NCBI GenBank assembly: GCA_035655175.1
Contig: DASRVG010000067.1
Span: forward strand, 1 to 34,551
Source of the DNA: Clostridia bacterium
GTDB lineage: Bacteria > Bacillota > Clostridia > Ch29
Length of the DNA: 34,551 bases
Reading direction: 5' to 3'
Both the position numbers and the translations under genes were made by a program. Below, piece by piece: positions 9,978 to 19,265 of the stretch; position 1 is the stretch's first letter; the number at the start of each line of letters is the position of its first letter. Under the pieces are notes generated by a model. The model was given only the letters and a program-made list of their open reading frames with translations. It was not told the DNA's origin and searched no databases.

Positions 9978-11439
9978 TTCCCATCCTCTCCAATATCTCC
10001 GCTACTATTTTTCTTTCATCGAACTCTACTTTGTGGTCTGCGAACTCCTGGTATATTTCATGCCCCTTTCCCGCCAGCACCACTATATCGTCCTCGCCGG
10101 CCATTTCAAGGGCGTACTCGATGGCTTCGCGCCTGTCTACTATGCATATGTAACTGCAGCCGGTCTTTTCTACTCCGGGGAGAATCTCGTCTATTATCTG
10201 GTGGGGCTCTTCCTTCCTGGGGTTATCCGAAGTAATTATGACAAAGTCGGACAGCCTGCCCGCTATTTCCCCCATCATTGGTCGTTTTTCCCTGTCACGG
10301 TTCCCGCCGCACCCGAACAGCGTGATTATCCTCCCCTTTGCATAACCCCTTATAGTGGATAGTATGTTCTCCAAACCGTCCGGTGTGTGGGCATAATCGA
10401 TTATTACGCTGAAACCTTTGCCGGTGTCAATGGTTTCCGACCGCCCCCGGACGCCCTCCACTTCTTTAAGACCCCTTTGAACATGCTCCGGGTTTATTCC
10501 CTCGCACAAAAGGGCTGCAGCCGCGGCAAGGCTGTTGTATACGCTTATTATGCCGGGAATCCTTACTTCAATGGGTATGCTTTTTCCCTTCCATGCCAGC
10601 TTGTATTTTACCCCCGTCGGATCCAATTGAATGTCCCGGGCGGAAAAATCCGCCTTGGTTTTTATGCCGTAAGTGACGGCGGGAGTGGGTGAGTTTTTGA
10701 TTCTTTCCAGGATGGTATCACTGGACGGGTCGTCGGCGTTTATTATGTTGAACTTGTCGGTGGATTTGAACAGCTTTATTTTCGCGTCCAGGTAGTTTTT
10801 CATATTACCGTGAAAGTCCAGGTGGTCCCTGGTAAGATTGGTGAATATTCCGTAATCGAAATCCACGTACCCTACCCTGTCCAGGTCCAGCGAATGGGAG
10901 GACACCTCCATAACTACGTATTCAATCCCGCTTTCCACCATTTCGGCAAACAGCCGGTGCAGGTCCAAGGACTCCGGCGTGGTTCTCAAGGCCGGTATCT
11001 CCTTGTCTCCTATCCTAATGGCTATGGTGCCCATAAGCCCTACACTGCGTCCCGCGCTCTCCAGTACGGATTTTATAAGGTAAGTTGTTGTGGTTTTTCC
11101 GTTTGTTCCTGTTACCCCGATGACTTTGAGTTTTTGGGAGGGAAAATCGTAGAATACGTGCCCCACTGCGGCCATTGCCTTGCGGGAGTCCTTAACCCTA
11201 ACCACCGTAACTCCGGGGCCAGTAACCGGTATTTCCCTTTGGACCATGAGCACCCGGGCCCCGTTTTGCAGCGCTTGCTCGGCAAAGTCATGCCCGTCCC
11301 AGTTAAACCCCTCCACGCAAACAAACAAATGTCCCGGTTCTACTTTCCGGGAATCATAACTTACCCCGGTGACCTCCGCCTCCGGGTCTCCCTTGACATC
11401 CATTATTTCAATGAAATCCCACAACTTCGATATTTTCAT
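9964..11439 (-). CDS. murE: UDP-MurNAc-L-Ala-D-Glu--2,6-diaminopimelate ligase MurE
   Basis: P-loop VTGTNGKTTTTY. The DNPR motif (TSDNPRKE) is characteristic of meso-DAP-adding MurE. It overlaps the murF start by 14 nt. Confidence 0.95.
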   Translation of the reverse strand: MKISKLWDFIEIMDVKGDPEAEVTGVSYDSRKVEPGHLFVCVEGFNWDGHDFAEQALQNGARVLMVQREIPVTGPGVTVVRVKDSRKAMAAVGHVFYDFPSQKLKVIGVTGTNGKTTTTYLIKSVLESAGRSVGLMGTIAIRIGDKEIPALRTTPESLDLHRLFAEMVESGIEYVVMEVSSHSLDLDRVGYVDFDYGIFTNLTRDHLDFHGNMKNYLDAKIKLFKSTDKFNIINADDPSSDTILERIKNSPTPAVTYGIKTKADFSARDIQLDPTGVKYKLAWKGKSIPIEVRIPGIISVYNSLAAAAALLCEGINPEHVQRGLKEVEGVRGRSETIDTGKGFSVIIDYAHTPDGLENILSTIRGYAKGRIITLFGCGGNRDREKRPMMGEIAGRLSDFVIITSDNPRKEEPHQIIDEILPGVEKTGCSYICIVDRREAIEYALEMAGEDDIVVLAGKGHEIYQEFADHKVEFDERKIVAEILERMGNDKA

Positions 11440-11470
11440 TTATAATACCCCGATTCTCATATGTAGTTTT

Positions 11471-13642
11471 TTACGGACTTTCCGGGTCTTCAAACTCCAC
11501 TTTCACTACCGTATCCACATCCACCACTTCCCCGGGAAGCGGGTCTTGATTGACCGCTATCCCGGTACCGGAAACCTGTATCCTTAAGTTTTCACCCTTC
11601 AGCAGGTTTGTGGCACCGTTTATGGTTTTGCCTATTACATTGGGCACTATTACCTCCTGGCTGAAACCCCGGTAGGTTTCAAGGTACAGGAGAACTATGG
11701 ACTTCTCCGAAACCATTATATCAGGTTTAGGGGTCTGGTCAACTATGCGGTTCTCGTCCCCTTCAATCACGCTGCCTACCACCTGGTACTGGAGTTTACT
11801 GCTGTTCAAGGTCTTTATCGCTTCCATAAGCGGCATGCCTGTCAAATCCGGTACCGGTACCTTTTCGGTTATAAGCCTTTCCGCCTCTTCCTCGGTATAC
11901 CGGGGCTGCACCTTCAAATATCTCAGCGTGTCGCTTAAGATGCTGCCTACAACCGGTGCCGCTATCTGGCCGCCGTAGTAGTTGGCCGGGTCGGGTTCGT
12001 CTATTACCACCAACACCACCACCCTTGGGTCGTCGGCGGGGGCAATCCCTATAAAGGAGGCAACATACCTGCCCTGGACGTACCTGCCGTCCACCACTTT
12101 CTGGGCGGTCCCGGTTTTGCCGGCCACCCTGAAACCGGGGACGTATGCATTGGAGCCGGTACCGCCGGATACCACCGTCTCCAGTATCTGCATTGCGGTC
12201 CTGGCGGTCTGGGGGGATATTACCTGCCTTTTGACTTTCGGGCTGAATTCATGCACCGTATTGCCCTCCTGGTCCTTTAGGGCAAGGGCAACCCTCGGCT
12301 CCATCAGTATTCCTTCATTGGCTATTGCCGAAGCCGCTGCGGCAAGTTGTATCGGTGTGCCGGCGACTCCCTGCCCGAACCCCATGTTGGCCAATTCCAC
12401 CGGCCCTACCGTAGAAGGGTTCATTACTATTCCGGCCGCCTCGCCGGGAAGGTCCACCCCGGTGGGCTCCCCGAACCCGAAGGCCCTTATATAACCCAGG
12501 AATCTCTCCTTGCCCAGCCGCTGCGCGACCTCTATAAAAACGGGGTTGCAGGAGTTCTGGACCGCTTCGGTAAAGGTCTGGTGCCCGTGGGGATTATAGC
12601 TCCTCCAGCACTTAAGATTCCTTCCTCCCACCGCGATGGAGCCCTTGCAGTAAAAGGTACTGCCCGGCTGCACCACTCCCTCCTCCAACCCCGCCGCGGT
12701 GGTTATTATCTTGAAGGTGGAGCCCGGCTCGTATACGTCGGACACGGCAAAATTCCTCCACATTTTGAGCCTCTCGTCCCTCAGCTCTTCCGCCGACAGG
12801 CCTTCCCACCGCTGTTTATCCTCCTCGCTCAAAGGGTCGAAGGGTGTATTGGGGTCGTAGTCGGGTTTTACCGCCAAAGCCAGTATATCCCCGGTCTTGG
12901 GGTCCATTACTATGGCTGTGCCCTTCTTGGCCTTGTTGTTTATAACTGCCTCCTCTATCGCCTTCTCGGCAAAGTGCTGGATAACCTCGTCTATGGTAAG
13001 CACCAGGTGATAGCCGTCCTGCGGCGAATACTGGGTGTCAAAACCGAAGGGAATGCGCCGGCCGGCGGCATCGGTTTCCGCTATGTTCCTGCCGGGCAGG
13101 CCGTAAAGATACCTGTCGAACCGCGCTTCCACACCGTCCAGCCCCTGGTTGTCGGTACCGGTAAAGCCCAGGATATGGGCGGCAAAATTCCTGTTGGGAT
13201 AATATCTTTTGCTGTCGTCCACCGAATAGATGCCCTCAATATCCCTTATCTTATCCACGTCCTCCTTTTCCACTCTCTTCTTAAGGAGTACCGTATCCAA
13301 ATTTTTCTTAAGTCTTTCCAGGACATCCTCCCTGTCCATGTCAAGGGCTTCCGCAATCCTATAGGACACCTCTTCCGCGTCCTTTATTTCCGCGGGCCTT
13401 GCATACAGCGTTTCTATGCTGGCGCTTATAGCTAGTTTTTTTCCATTTCTGTCATATATTATACCCCTTTTGGAAGGGACAGGAATGTCCCTTGTCCACT
13501 GGTCCACCGCCATGTCCCTGTACATGTCTCCCTTAACTATTTGGATCCATGCCAGTCTCAGGATTAGGGCGAAAAACAGAAAAAAAACCGCAAAGAGGCT
13601 AAATATCAACCTTTTCTTAAGCCTTATGCCCGGTGCTGCCAA
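11471..13642 (-). CDS. Class B penicillin-binding protein (PBP2B/SpoVD-like) with two C-terminal PASTA domains
   Basis: Transpeptidase motifs STFK, SCN and KTGT are present. Two PASTA-like repeats occur at the C-terminus (VPDLTGMPL... and VPNVIGKTI...). TTG start at 13642 is preceded by AAGGGGGAAGG. Confidence 0.9.
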   Translation of the reverse strand: MAAPGIRLKKRLIFSLFAVFFLFFALILRLAWIQIVKGDMYRDMAVDQWTRDIPVPSKRGIIYDRNGKKLAISASIETLYARPAEIKDAEEVSYRIAEALDMDREDVLERLKKNLDTVLLKKRVEKEDVDKIRDIEGIYSVDDSKRYYPNRNFAAHILGFTGTDNQGLDGVEARFDRYLYGLPGRNIAETDAAGRRIPFGFDTQYSPQDGYHLVLTIDEVIQHFAEKAIEEAVINNKAKKGTAIVMDPKTGDILALAVKPDYDPNTPFDPLSEEDKQRWEGLSAEELRDERLKMWRNFAVSDVYEPGSTFKIITTAAGLEEGVVQPGSTFYCKGSIAVGGRNLKCWRSYNPHGHQTFTEAVQNSCNPVFIEVAQRLGKERFLGYIRAFGFGEPTGVDLPGEAAGIVMNPSTVGPVELANMGFGQGVAGTPIQLAAAASAIANEGILMEPRVALALKDQEGNTVHEFSPKVKRQVISPQTARTAMQILETVVSGGTGSNAYVPGFRVAGKTGTAQKVVDGRYVQGRYVASFIGIAPADDPRVVVLVVIDEPDPANYYGGQIAAPVVGSILSDTLRYLKVQPRYTEEEAERLITEKVPVPDLTGMPLMEAIKTLNSSKLQYQVVGSVIEGDENRIVDQTPKPDIMVSEKSIVLLYLETYRGFSQEVIVPNVIGKTINGATNLLKGENLRIQVSGTGIAVNQDPLPGEVVDVDTVVKVEFEDPESP

Positions 13643-13666
13643 TATCCTTCCCCCTTAAACCAGCAT

Positions 13667-14164
13667 TCAATCAATATCCAGTATGCTGAATACTTTGCCG
13701 GCTGCAGCCGCAAACCATCCACTCGCAGCCATTCCCTCAGGGCTTTTGTTTTCATCCGTCTCGGCAATCAAAACCTGTTCCGCTGTACCCTGGACGGCTA
13801 CGTATATTATATCCCTGTTATCCGGGTACACCATGCCCAACTGGTGCAGGGCATAGTCCGCCAACTCGTTTATGTCCATCACCTGGACATGCTGCAGTTC
13901 CAGCCTCTCGTTTTCCTTCCTGAGTTCCTCCAATTCCCTTTCCATGTTTCTTATATTGTAATTGTATTCGGATATTATGACAAAGCGCGAAATGACCAGA
14001 AGCCCCACCGCCATGGCAACACACACCCTGGTCAGGGCTTTACGTTTTCTAATGTTTACGGTTCTTCGCCGGGCCTGTTTTCCGTAACCAATATTCGGTT
14101 TTTGCTGTTTCTCAGGTATTGACTGGTAGTACTGCATTTTTCTAGCTACTATCAATTTATTCAC
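13667..14164 (-). CDS. ftsL: FtsL-like septum formation protein (single TM plus coiled coil)
   Basis: Basic N-terminus, one TM, and a leucine-zipper-like segment (ERELEELRKENERLELQ). It sits between rsmH and the PBP gene. The start is ambiguous: TTG at 14155 has the best spacing from the AAGGGG Shine-Dalgarno, and ATG at 14137 is also possible. Confidence 0.65.
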   Translation of the reverse strand: MNKLIVARKMQYYQSIPEKQQKPNIGYGKQARRRTVNIRKRKALTRVCVAMAVGLLVISRFVIISEYNYNIRNMERELEELRKENERLELQHVQVMDINELADYALHQLGMVYPDNRDIIYVAVQGTAEQVLIAETDENKSPEGMAASGWFAAAAGKVFSILDID

Positions 14165-14185
14165 CCCTTGCTGTAATTAGAACTG

Positions 14186-15130
14186 TCACAGCTTCTCGGC
14201 AACCCTTAACCCAGCGCTCCTGGCCCTCGGGTTTTGCTGTATCTCCTCTTTATCGGGAACCACCGGCTTCCTGGTCACCACCCTTATCACCGGTTTCTTT
14301 CCGCATATGCACGCCGGCGCCTTAGGGGGGCAGGTACACGGGTTTTCCAGTTCCTTAAATACGTTTTTTATCTTTCTGTCTTCCAGCGAGTGGAATGTAA
14401 TAACACATATCCTGCCGCCGCTATTCAAAAGGTCCACCCCGTCTTTTACCGCCCTTTCCAGTATCCCCAGTTCGTCATTTACTTCTATCCTTAGGGCCTG
14501 GAAGGTTCTTTTGGCCGGATGGGGCCCCTTTCGCCTGGCTGAAGCCGGTATGGCGGCCTTTATTATATCCACCAGCTGCCCGGTGGTTTCTATTGGCCTT
14601 CTTTCCCTTTCGCAGACAATAAAAGCGGCAATCCGCCTTGCCCATCGTTCTTCGCCATATCCGCTTATTACCCTTGCAAGGTCGGCTTCACTGTATGTAT
14701 TGACCACTTCCATGGCGGTAAGGGACTGCTGCCGGTCCATCCTCAAGTCCAGCGGCGCATCCTGCATGTAGCTGAAACCCCTTTCCTGCTGGTCCAGTTG
14801 GTGGGACGATACCCCCAGGTCCATCACCACCCCGTCCACCGCCTCTATTCCAATACCGTGGACAATTTTCTTTATGTCTCTGAAGTTTCCATGTATCAAT
14901 ACCACCTTATCTGAAAAAGACGCCAGCCTTTCTCCCGCAGCTCTTATAGCGTTTTGGTCCCTGTCAATCCCAATCAGCCTTCCTCTTTCGCCCAGCTTTT
15001 TAAGTATTTCCAGCGAATGACCGCCCCCTCCCAGGGTACAGTCCACGTAAACTCCGTCCGGTACAACCTCCAGGTATTCAATGGTACGGTCAAGCAGCAC
15101 CGTCCTGTGTTCAAACTCCATTGCTTTCAT
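14186..15130 (-). CDS. rsmH: 16S rRNA (cytosine1402-N4)-methyltransferase RsmH (MraW)
   Basis: SAM motif [10 protein letters not shown] plus ..[10 protein letters not shown].. and ..ITFHSLEDR.. motifs. The position after mraZ is consistent. Confidence 0.95.
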   Translation of the reverse strand: MKAMEFEHRTVLLDRTIEYLEVVPDGVYVDCTLGGGGHSLEILKKLGERGRLIGIDRDQNAIRAAGERLASFSDKVVLIHGNFRDIKKIVHGIGIEAVDGVVMDLGVSSHQLDQQERGFSYMQDAPLDLRMDRQQSLTAMEVVNTYSEADLARVISGYGEERWARRIAAFIVCERERRPIETTGQLVDIIKAAIPASARRKGPHPAKRTFQALRIEVNDELGILERAVKDGVDLLNSGGRICVITFHSLEDRKIKNVFKELENPCTCPPKAPACICGKKPVIRVVTRKPVVPDKEEIQQNPRARSAGLRVAEKL

Positions 15131-15161
15131 CTCCGGCTCCCGCTATTTTGCGTTCCCTTCG

Positions 15162-15593
15162 TCAAATCCCCAGCTGCTCCATTCTCTCCGCAATCTTATC
15201 GTACCCCATTATTGTATCGCTGTTGTACCTGTTCCATTCTTCAAGGCTCCAAATCTCCACACGGGTGGAAACGCCGATGACCACCGCATCCTTTTCTATG
15301 CCCGAATGCTCCCTTAGGTTTGCCGGGAGCAGTATCCTGCCCTGTTTGTCCAGTTCGCATTCGGTGGCCCCGGAAAAGAAAAACCTTACAAAGGCCCTGG
15401 CATCCCTGGAGGTAATCGGGAGAGTTTTAAGCTTTTCCTCAAAATTGTGCCATTCCGAAAGGGGGTAGACAAAAAGACAGTTATCAAGGCCCTTGGTGAG
15501 CACAAATCTTTCACCAAGGCCTTCCCTGAATTTTGATGGAATTATAAGCCTGCCCTTGTTGTCCAGCGAGTGCTGGAACTCACCTATGAACAT
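15162..15593 (-). CDS. mraZ: Transcriptional regulator MraZ
   Basis: [19 protein letters not shown] plus a second DKQGRILLP repeat (two DxxxR SpoVT/AbrB-like halves). I chose the ATG at 15593, giving 143 aa. The ORF-track extension to 15644 runs through the operator repeats. Confidence 0.93.
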   Translation of the reverse strand: MFIGEFQHSLDNKGRLIIPSKFREGLGERFVLTKGLDNCLFVYPLSEWHNFEEKLKTLPITSRDARAFVRFFFSGATECELDKQGRILLPANLREHSGIEKDAVVIGVSTRVEIWSLEEWNRYNSDTIMGYDKIAERMEQLGI

Positions 15594-15619
15594 ATTGTCA
15601 CCCCATTTAGGGACAATCT

Positions 15620-15647
15620 CCCACTTCACCCCACATTTAACCACTTT
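15620..15647 (-). promoter_or_regulatory. Candidate MraZ operator: three direct repeats with 10-bp phasing
   Basis: The minus strand reads AAAGTGG-tta-AATGTGG-ggt-GAAGTGG-g. The GTGG cores are at exactly 10-nt spacing (plus-strand CCAC at 15641, 15631, 15621). The element ends 27 nt upstream of the mraZ ATG. Confidence 0.6.
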
Positions 15648-15710
15648 TTCTTTATTTCTACTTATTTTTAATAATTCCTGCCTCTAAACAAAAAAAATTT
15701 TCCAAAATAT

Positions 15711-15737
15711 AAAAAACGCCGGATTTTATCCCGGCGT
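15711..15737 (-). terminator. Rho-independent terminator downstream of lgt
   Basis: On the minus strand, CGCCGG-(8 nt loop)-CCGGCG is followed by TTTTTTATATTTT. It separates the lgt operon from the mraZ promoter region. Confidence 0.7.
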
Positions 15738-15767
15738 AAGGTTATCCGCCACTACCAGCTATGGCTG

Positions 15768-16517
15768 TTATTCCGATGTGGTATTTGTACCTTTGTTGTG
15801 CTTGTTCCTATAATACATATATCCCAGGCCGGCGGCCACCGTCACCGCACTCACCAGCTGGGCCATCCTAATATTCCCCAGCATTAGGCTGTCGGTTCTT
15901 AAACCCTCCACGAAGAACCTGCCCACCGAATAGAGGACCAGGTAGAGCAGGAAAACATTACCCTCCGCTTTCTTCCTTTTTCGGTACCATAAAAGCACCG
16001 CAAATACCGAGAAGTTCCACAGCGACTCGTACAGAAAAGTCGGATGCACCTTGACACCGTCCACCATTATGCCCCAGGGAAGGTCGGTAGGCGTGCCGTG
16101 GGCCTCCCGGTTTATAAAATTGCCCCACCGGCCGATGGCCTGTCCCAGTATAACCCCCGGCGAGGCTATGTCCGCCAGCGACCAGAAGTTTATTCCTTTT
16201 ACTTTGGCAAATATCACCGCCGTTATCACCGCCGCTATAAGGGTGCCGTGGATGGCAAGGCCCCCTCCCCTTATGTTCAGTATCTGCAGCGGGTTCTTGG
16301 AATAGTAGTCCCAGTTGAACAAAACATAATAAATCCTTGCCCCTATGATACCGGCCGGAATGCCGAATATGGCCAGGTCCAATATCAGGTTCTCGTCCAT
16401 TCCCACCCTTTTGGCTTCCCTTATGGCGTACAACAGGCCGCACAGTATGCCGGCGGCCATTATGATTCCGTACCATCTTACGGCAATACCGAAAATCTCA
16501 AAAGCAACAGGATTCAT
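15768..16517 (-). CDS. lgt: Prolipoprotein diacylglyceryl transferase Lgt
   Basis: Motifs ..VRWYGIIMAAG.., ..GGLAIHG.. and ..GRWGNFINREAHG... Its start lies 1 nt after the upstream M16 gene stop. Confidence 0.95.
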   Translation of the reverse strand: MNPVAFEIFGIAVRWYGIIMAAGILCGLLYAIREAKRVGMDENLILDLAIFGIPAGIIGARIYYVLFNWDYYSKNPLQILNIRGGGLAIHGTLIAAVITAVIFAKVKGINFWSLADIASPGVILGQAIGRWGNFINREAHGTPTDLPWGIMVDGVKVHPTFLYESLWNFSVFAVLLWYRKRKKAEGNVFLLYLVLYSVGRFFVEGLRTDSLMLGNIRMAQLVSAVTVAAGLGYMYYRNKHNKGTNTTSE

Positions 16518-16518
16518 T

Positions 16519-17829
16519 TTAGCCCTCTCTCCTCTGTTGTGGTGACACTATGGACAATGTGGAAGCCCAGGGTCTAATATGCTCATCAAACCTTTCCCGC
16601 ACCGACCCCAGGTCGGTCTGCTCCAATAAACCCATGAAATCCAGGAAATTTGCACCCTTAAAGTGGTAGGATATAAAGTTGGATGCAATGTACTCCAATT
16701 GGTCGAAGTTCCTTAGGTACCTTCCCAAAAGCTTGTTTCGGGCCAAGCGGAAGTCCTCTTCGGTTAAATCTTCCGGCCTTGTATCGGTCACCGCCTGCTT
16801 TATGATTTCATGCAACTTGTCCGGGTCGGGGGATTCGCCCCCCAGCATGGAATAGCTGTAATCCTTTTCCGCCGTATAATCAAACCCGAAACTGTCATCT
16901 ATGAGCCCCTCGTCATACAGCCGCTGATAAAGCTGCGAGCTCTTTCCGAACAGCATCTCCAGCAAAATGGTGGTGGTTATATCCTTTTTTAAAAGGTCGC
17001 TGCCGCCAAAGCCCACCTTTGTATCCTTAATTCCTATATTGAAAATGGGCTGGGATACCGCCAGCACCTGCTCTATCCTCTCTGCGTGAATACTGGGTGG
17101 CTCCTCCGGGTAGTACCTTTTTATTTCCTCCGCCCTTTCGGCCAAATTCCCCTTGGCGTTTTTTTCAACCAATTCCATGGTTTCGTTTATATCCACGTTG
17201 CCCACGACAAATAACGCCATATTGTCGGGATGATAGAAATTGTTATAGCATTTATACAGCACATCCTTGTCTATGCCGGATATGCTTTCCACCGTCCCCG
17301 CAATGTCCACTCTTACCGGATGCCTGTGGTAAAGGCCCTGCAGCATGTTAAAGAAGCTCTTCCATTCACCGTTGTCGTCATACATCCTTATCTCCTGCGA
17401 AATGATTCCCTTTTCCTTCTCGACGTTCTCATCGGTGAAGTGGGGGCTTTGCACAAACTGCAGCAGCACCTCAAGGCACTTGTAGAAGTTGCTGGTGGAG
17501 GAAAAAAGGTACGCGGTGGTGGTGAAATTGGTATAGGCATTGGCGGAGGCGCCCAGGCGGGAAAACCGGTCGAACACGTTTCCCTCTTCCTCCTCGAACA
17601 GCTTATGCTCCAGGAAATGGGCCACGCCGGCGGGCACCTCTGTTACTACTTTTTCACCGGGTACCGAGAAGCTCATGTCCACCGAGCCAAAGTTTGTCGT
17701 ATATATGGCAAACTGTTTCGAATATTCCTTCTTGGGCAGTATAAATACCTCCAGGCCGCTTGGCAGCTTTGAGCGGTACAGTTTCTCCCTTATTCTATCC
17801 ATGTTCAATTCTTCCAGGGGCACTGTCAT
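16519..17829 (-). CDS. M16 (pitrilysin/insulinase) family zinc peptidase, catalytic-type subunit
   Basis: Contains the inverted zincin motif HFLEH (..GVAHFLEHKLFEE..) in an N-terminal M16 domain, followed by an M16 C-terminal-like half. It overlaps the upstream partner by 4 nt (ATGA). Confidence 0.85.
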   Translation of the reverse strand: MTVPLEELNMDRIREKLYRSKLPSGLEVFILPKKEYSKQFAIYTTNFGSVDMSFSVPGEKVVTEVPAGVAHFLEHKLFEEEEGNVFDRFSRLGASANAYTNFTTTAYLFSSTSNFYKCLEVLLQFVQSPHFTDENVEKEKGIISQEIRMYDDNGEWKSFFNMLQGLYHRHPVRVDIAGTVESISGIDKDVLYKCYNNFYHPDNMALFVVGNVDINETMELVEKNAKGNLAERAEEIKRYYPEEPPSIHAERIEQVLAVSQPIFNIGIKDTKVGFGGSDLLKKDITTTILLEMLFGKSSQLYQRLYDEGLIDDSFGFDYTAEKDYSYSMLGGESPDPDKLHEIIKQAVTDTRPEDLTEEDFRLARNKLLGRYLRNFDQLEYIASNFISYHFKGANFLDFMGLLEQTDLGSVRERFDEHIRPWASTLSIVSPQQRREG

Positions 17830-19121
17830 TTAACTTCCTCCTTTCCGGCTTTCCCGCCGCCGGTAAGAAAATACGTTACCGCCTGCTTTATTCCGTCCGC
17901 CACTGCCACCACTTCATCCCTCGTTATCCCGTTTATTTTTTCTATAAGGTCATCCGGGGTCATATCGTGGCCGGACACTATCCTGTTTATCAGGAAATCT
18001 GTTATTTGCATCTGGCTGTCCTTCATGGAATGAAGGTCGTTTGTAAGGGCCATCTTTGCAGCAACAAGTTCGCTGTCGCTGATTTTGCCGTTTCTCATTT
18101 GAAGGAGCTGTTCCTCTATTATTGCTATGGTCTTTTGGTAGTTGCTTATCTCGATGCCGGCTCCTATAACCATCAATCCTTTAAGCTTCTCCAGCCTGGC
18201 AAAGGTATAATACGCAAGGCTTGCCCTTTCCCTCACATTGTTGAACAGCTTGGAATGGGGCCCTCCTCCCAGTATGCTTGCGTATACGAGCAGCGGAACA
18301 TACTGGTCATGGGTATAATCAATGCCGGTGGTATAACCGATTGTCAGTTTTCCCTGGTTAACGTCCATGTGCTCCACAACTTCCCTTGGGGCACCGTCCC
18401 AGTGGGGTGATACCGCTCCTTCAGGGCGCTTCACCTTTCTTTCTCCCAGCGCAGGCGGGTTGTCCAGGAAGTCCCTTATGTCGGCTATGTCTACATCCCC
18501 TACCACAAATATATCCATGGGGGCCTCGGCCAGCACCGTCCTGTAATACCCGGCAAGCCCCTCCGCGGTCAGCCGGGAAAGGTCCACGGCGTCCCCGTAC
18601 CTGTACCTGCTGAAGGGCTGACCCTCGGTCGTTTCTTCGTAACACCGGTCGATTGAATATTGAATTTTATTGTTAATACGTGAATTTATAAGCCTTTCAA
18701 GGTTGTCCCTTTCCTGCACGAAATACTCATCCCGGAATCTATCCTGCTCAATGAGGGGCCTTTCCACCAGCCCCGCCAGGAACTTCAATATGTCGGATAC
18801 CACGCCTTCGCCCTTTATCGTATACTTGTTGCTAATTACGTTACTTCCCAAAAAAATCAGCTGCATGTCCCCCTTCTTCAACACGTCCACGTTTAAAGAA
18901 GCCCCGTACCGCTGGCCCAGGAACCTTTGGATAGCCCGGGTATCCTTTAGGTCCTCACAGCCCCTCTTCAGTATGTGGGGAATTAGTGCATTGCCCGTGG
19001 CGTTCTCATCAAGGGGCCTGTACATTACAATGCTCATGGAAACCGTTTTAAACTTCGGCTCCCTGACAAGGTAAAGGTTTATGCCCTCCCCCAACTGCTG
19101 CCGGAAGTATACTCCTTCCAT
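17826..19121 (-). CDS. M16 family peptidase-like protein, non-catalytic-type subunit (no HxxEH)
   Basis: M16-like length and layout, but the zinc-motif position reads ..LIPHILKRG... I chose the ATG at 19121 (MEGVYFRQ..) because it is preceded by AAAAAAGGAGGG. The ORF-track start at 19334 would run through a terminator and into the upstream gene. Confidence 0.75.
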   Translation of the reverse strand: MEGVYFRQQLGEGINLYLVREPKFKTVSMSIVMYRPLDENATGNALIPHILKRGCEDLKDTRAIQRFLGQRYGASLNVDVLKKGDMQLIFLGSNVISNKYTIKGEGVVSDILKFLAGLVERPLIEQDRFRDEYFVQERDNLERLINSRINNKIQYSIDRCYEETTEGQPFSRYRYGDAVDLSRLTAEGLAGYYRTVLAEAPMDIFVVGDVDIADIRDFLDNPPALGERKVKRPEGAVSPHWDGAPREVVEHMDVNQGKLTIGYTTGIDYTHDQYVPLLVYASILGGGPHSKLFNNVRERASLAYYTFARLEKLKGLMVIGAGIEISNYQKTIAIIEEQLLQMRNGKISDSELVAAKMALTNDLHSMKDSQMQITDFLINRIVSGHDMTPDDLIEKINGITRDEVVAVADGIKQAVTYFLTGGGKAGKEEVK

Positions 19122-19242
19122 CCGATGCCCTCCTTTTTTGCTACTGTCCCCTACTGGTAACCTTTTCGGCTGCCTATCTATAATATTATTTTGAAATAAC
19201 TTTATATTTATCCATTCACCGGGAAAATCCTTCTTAAACATG

Positions 19243-19265
19243 AATAAAAGCGGGAATACCCCGCT
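19243..19265 (-). terminator. Candidate rho-independent terminator after the ferrochelatase-like gene
   Basis: On the minus strand, AGCGGG-gtatt-CCCGCT is followed by TTTTATT. The stem overlaps the stop codon. Confidence 0.5.
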
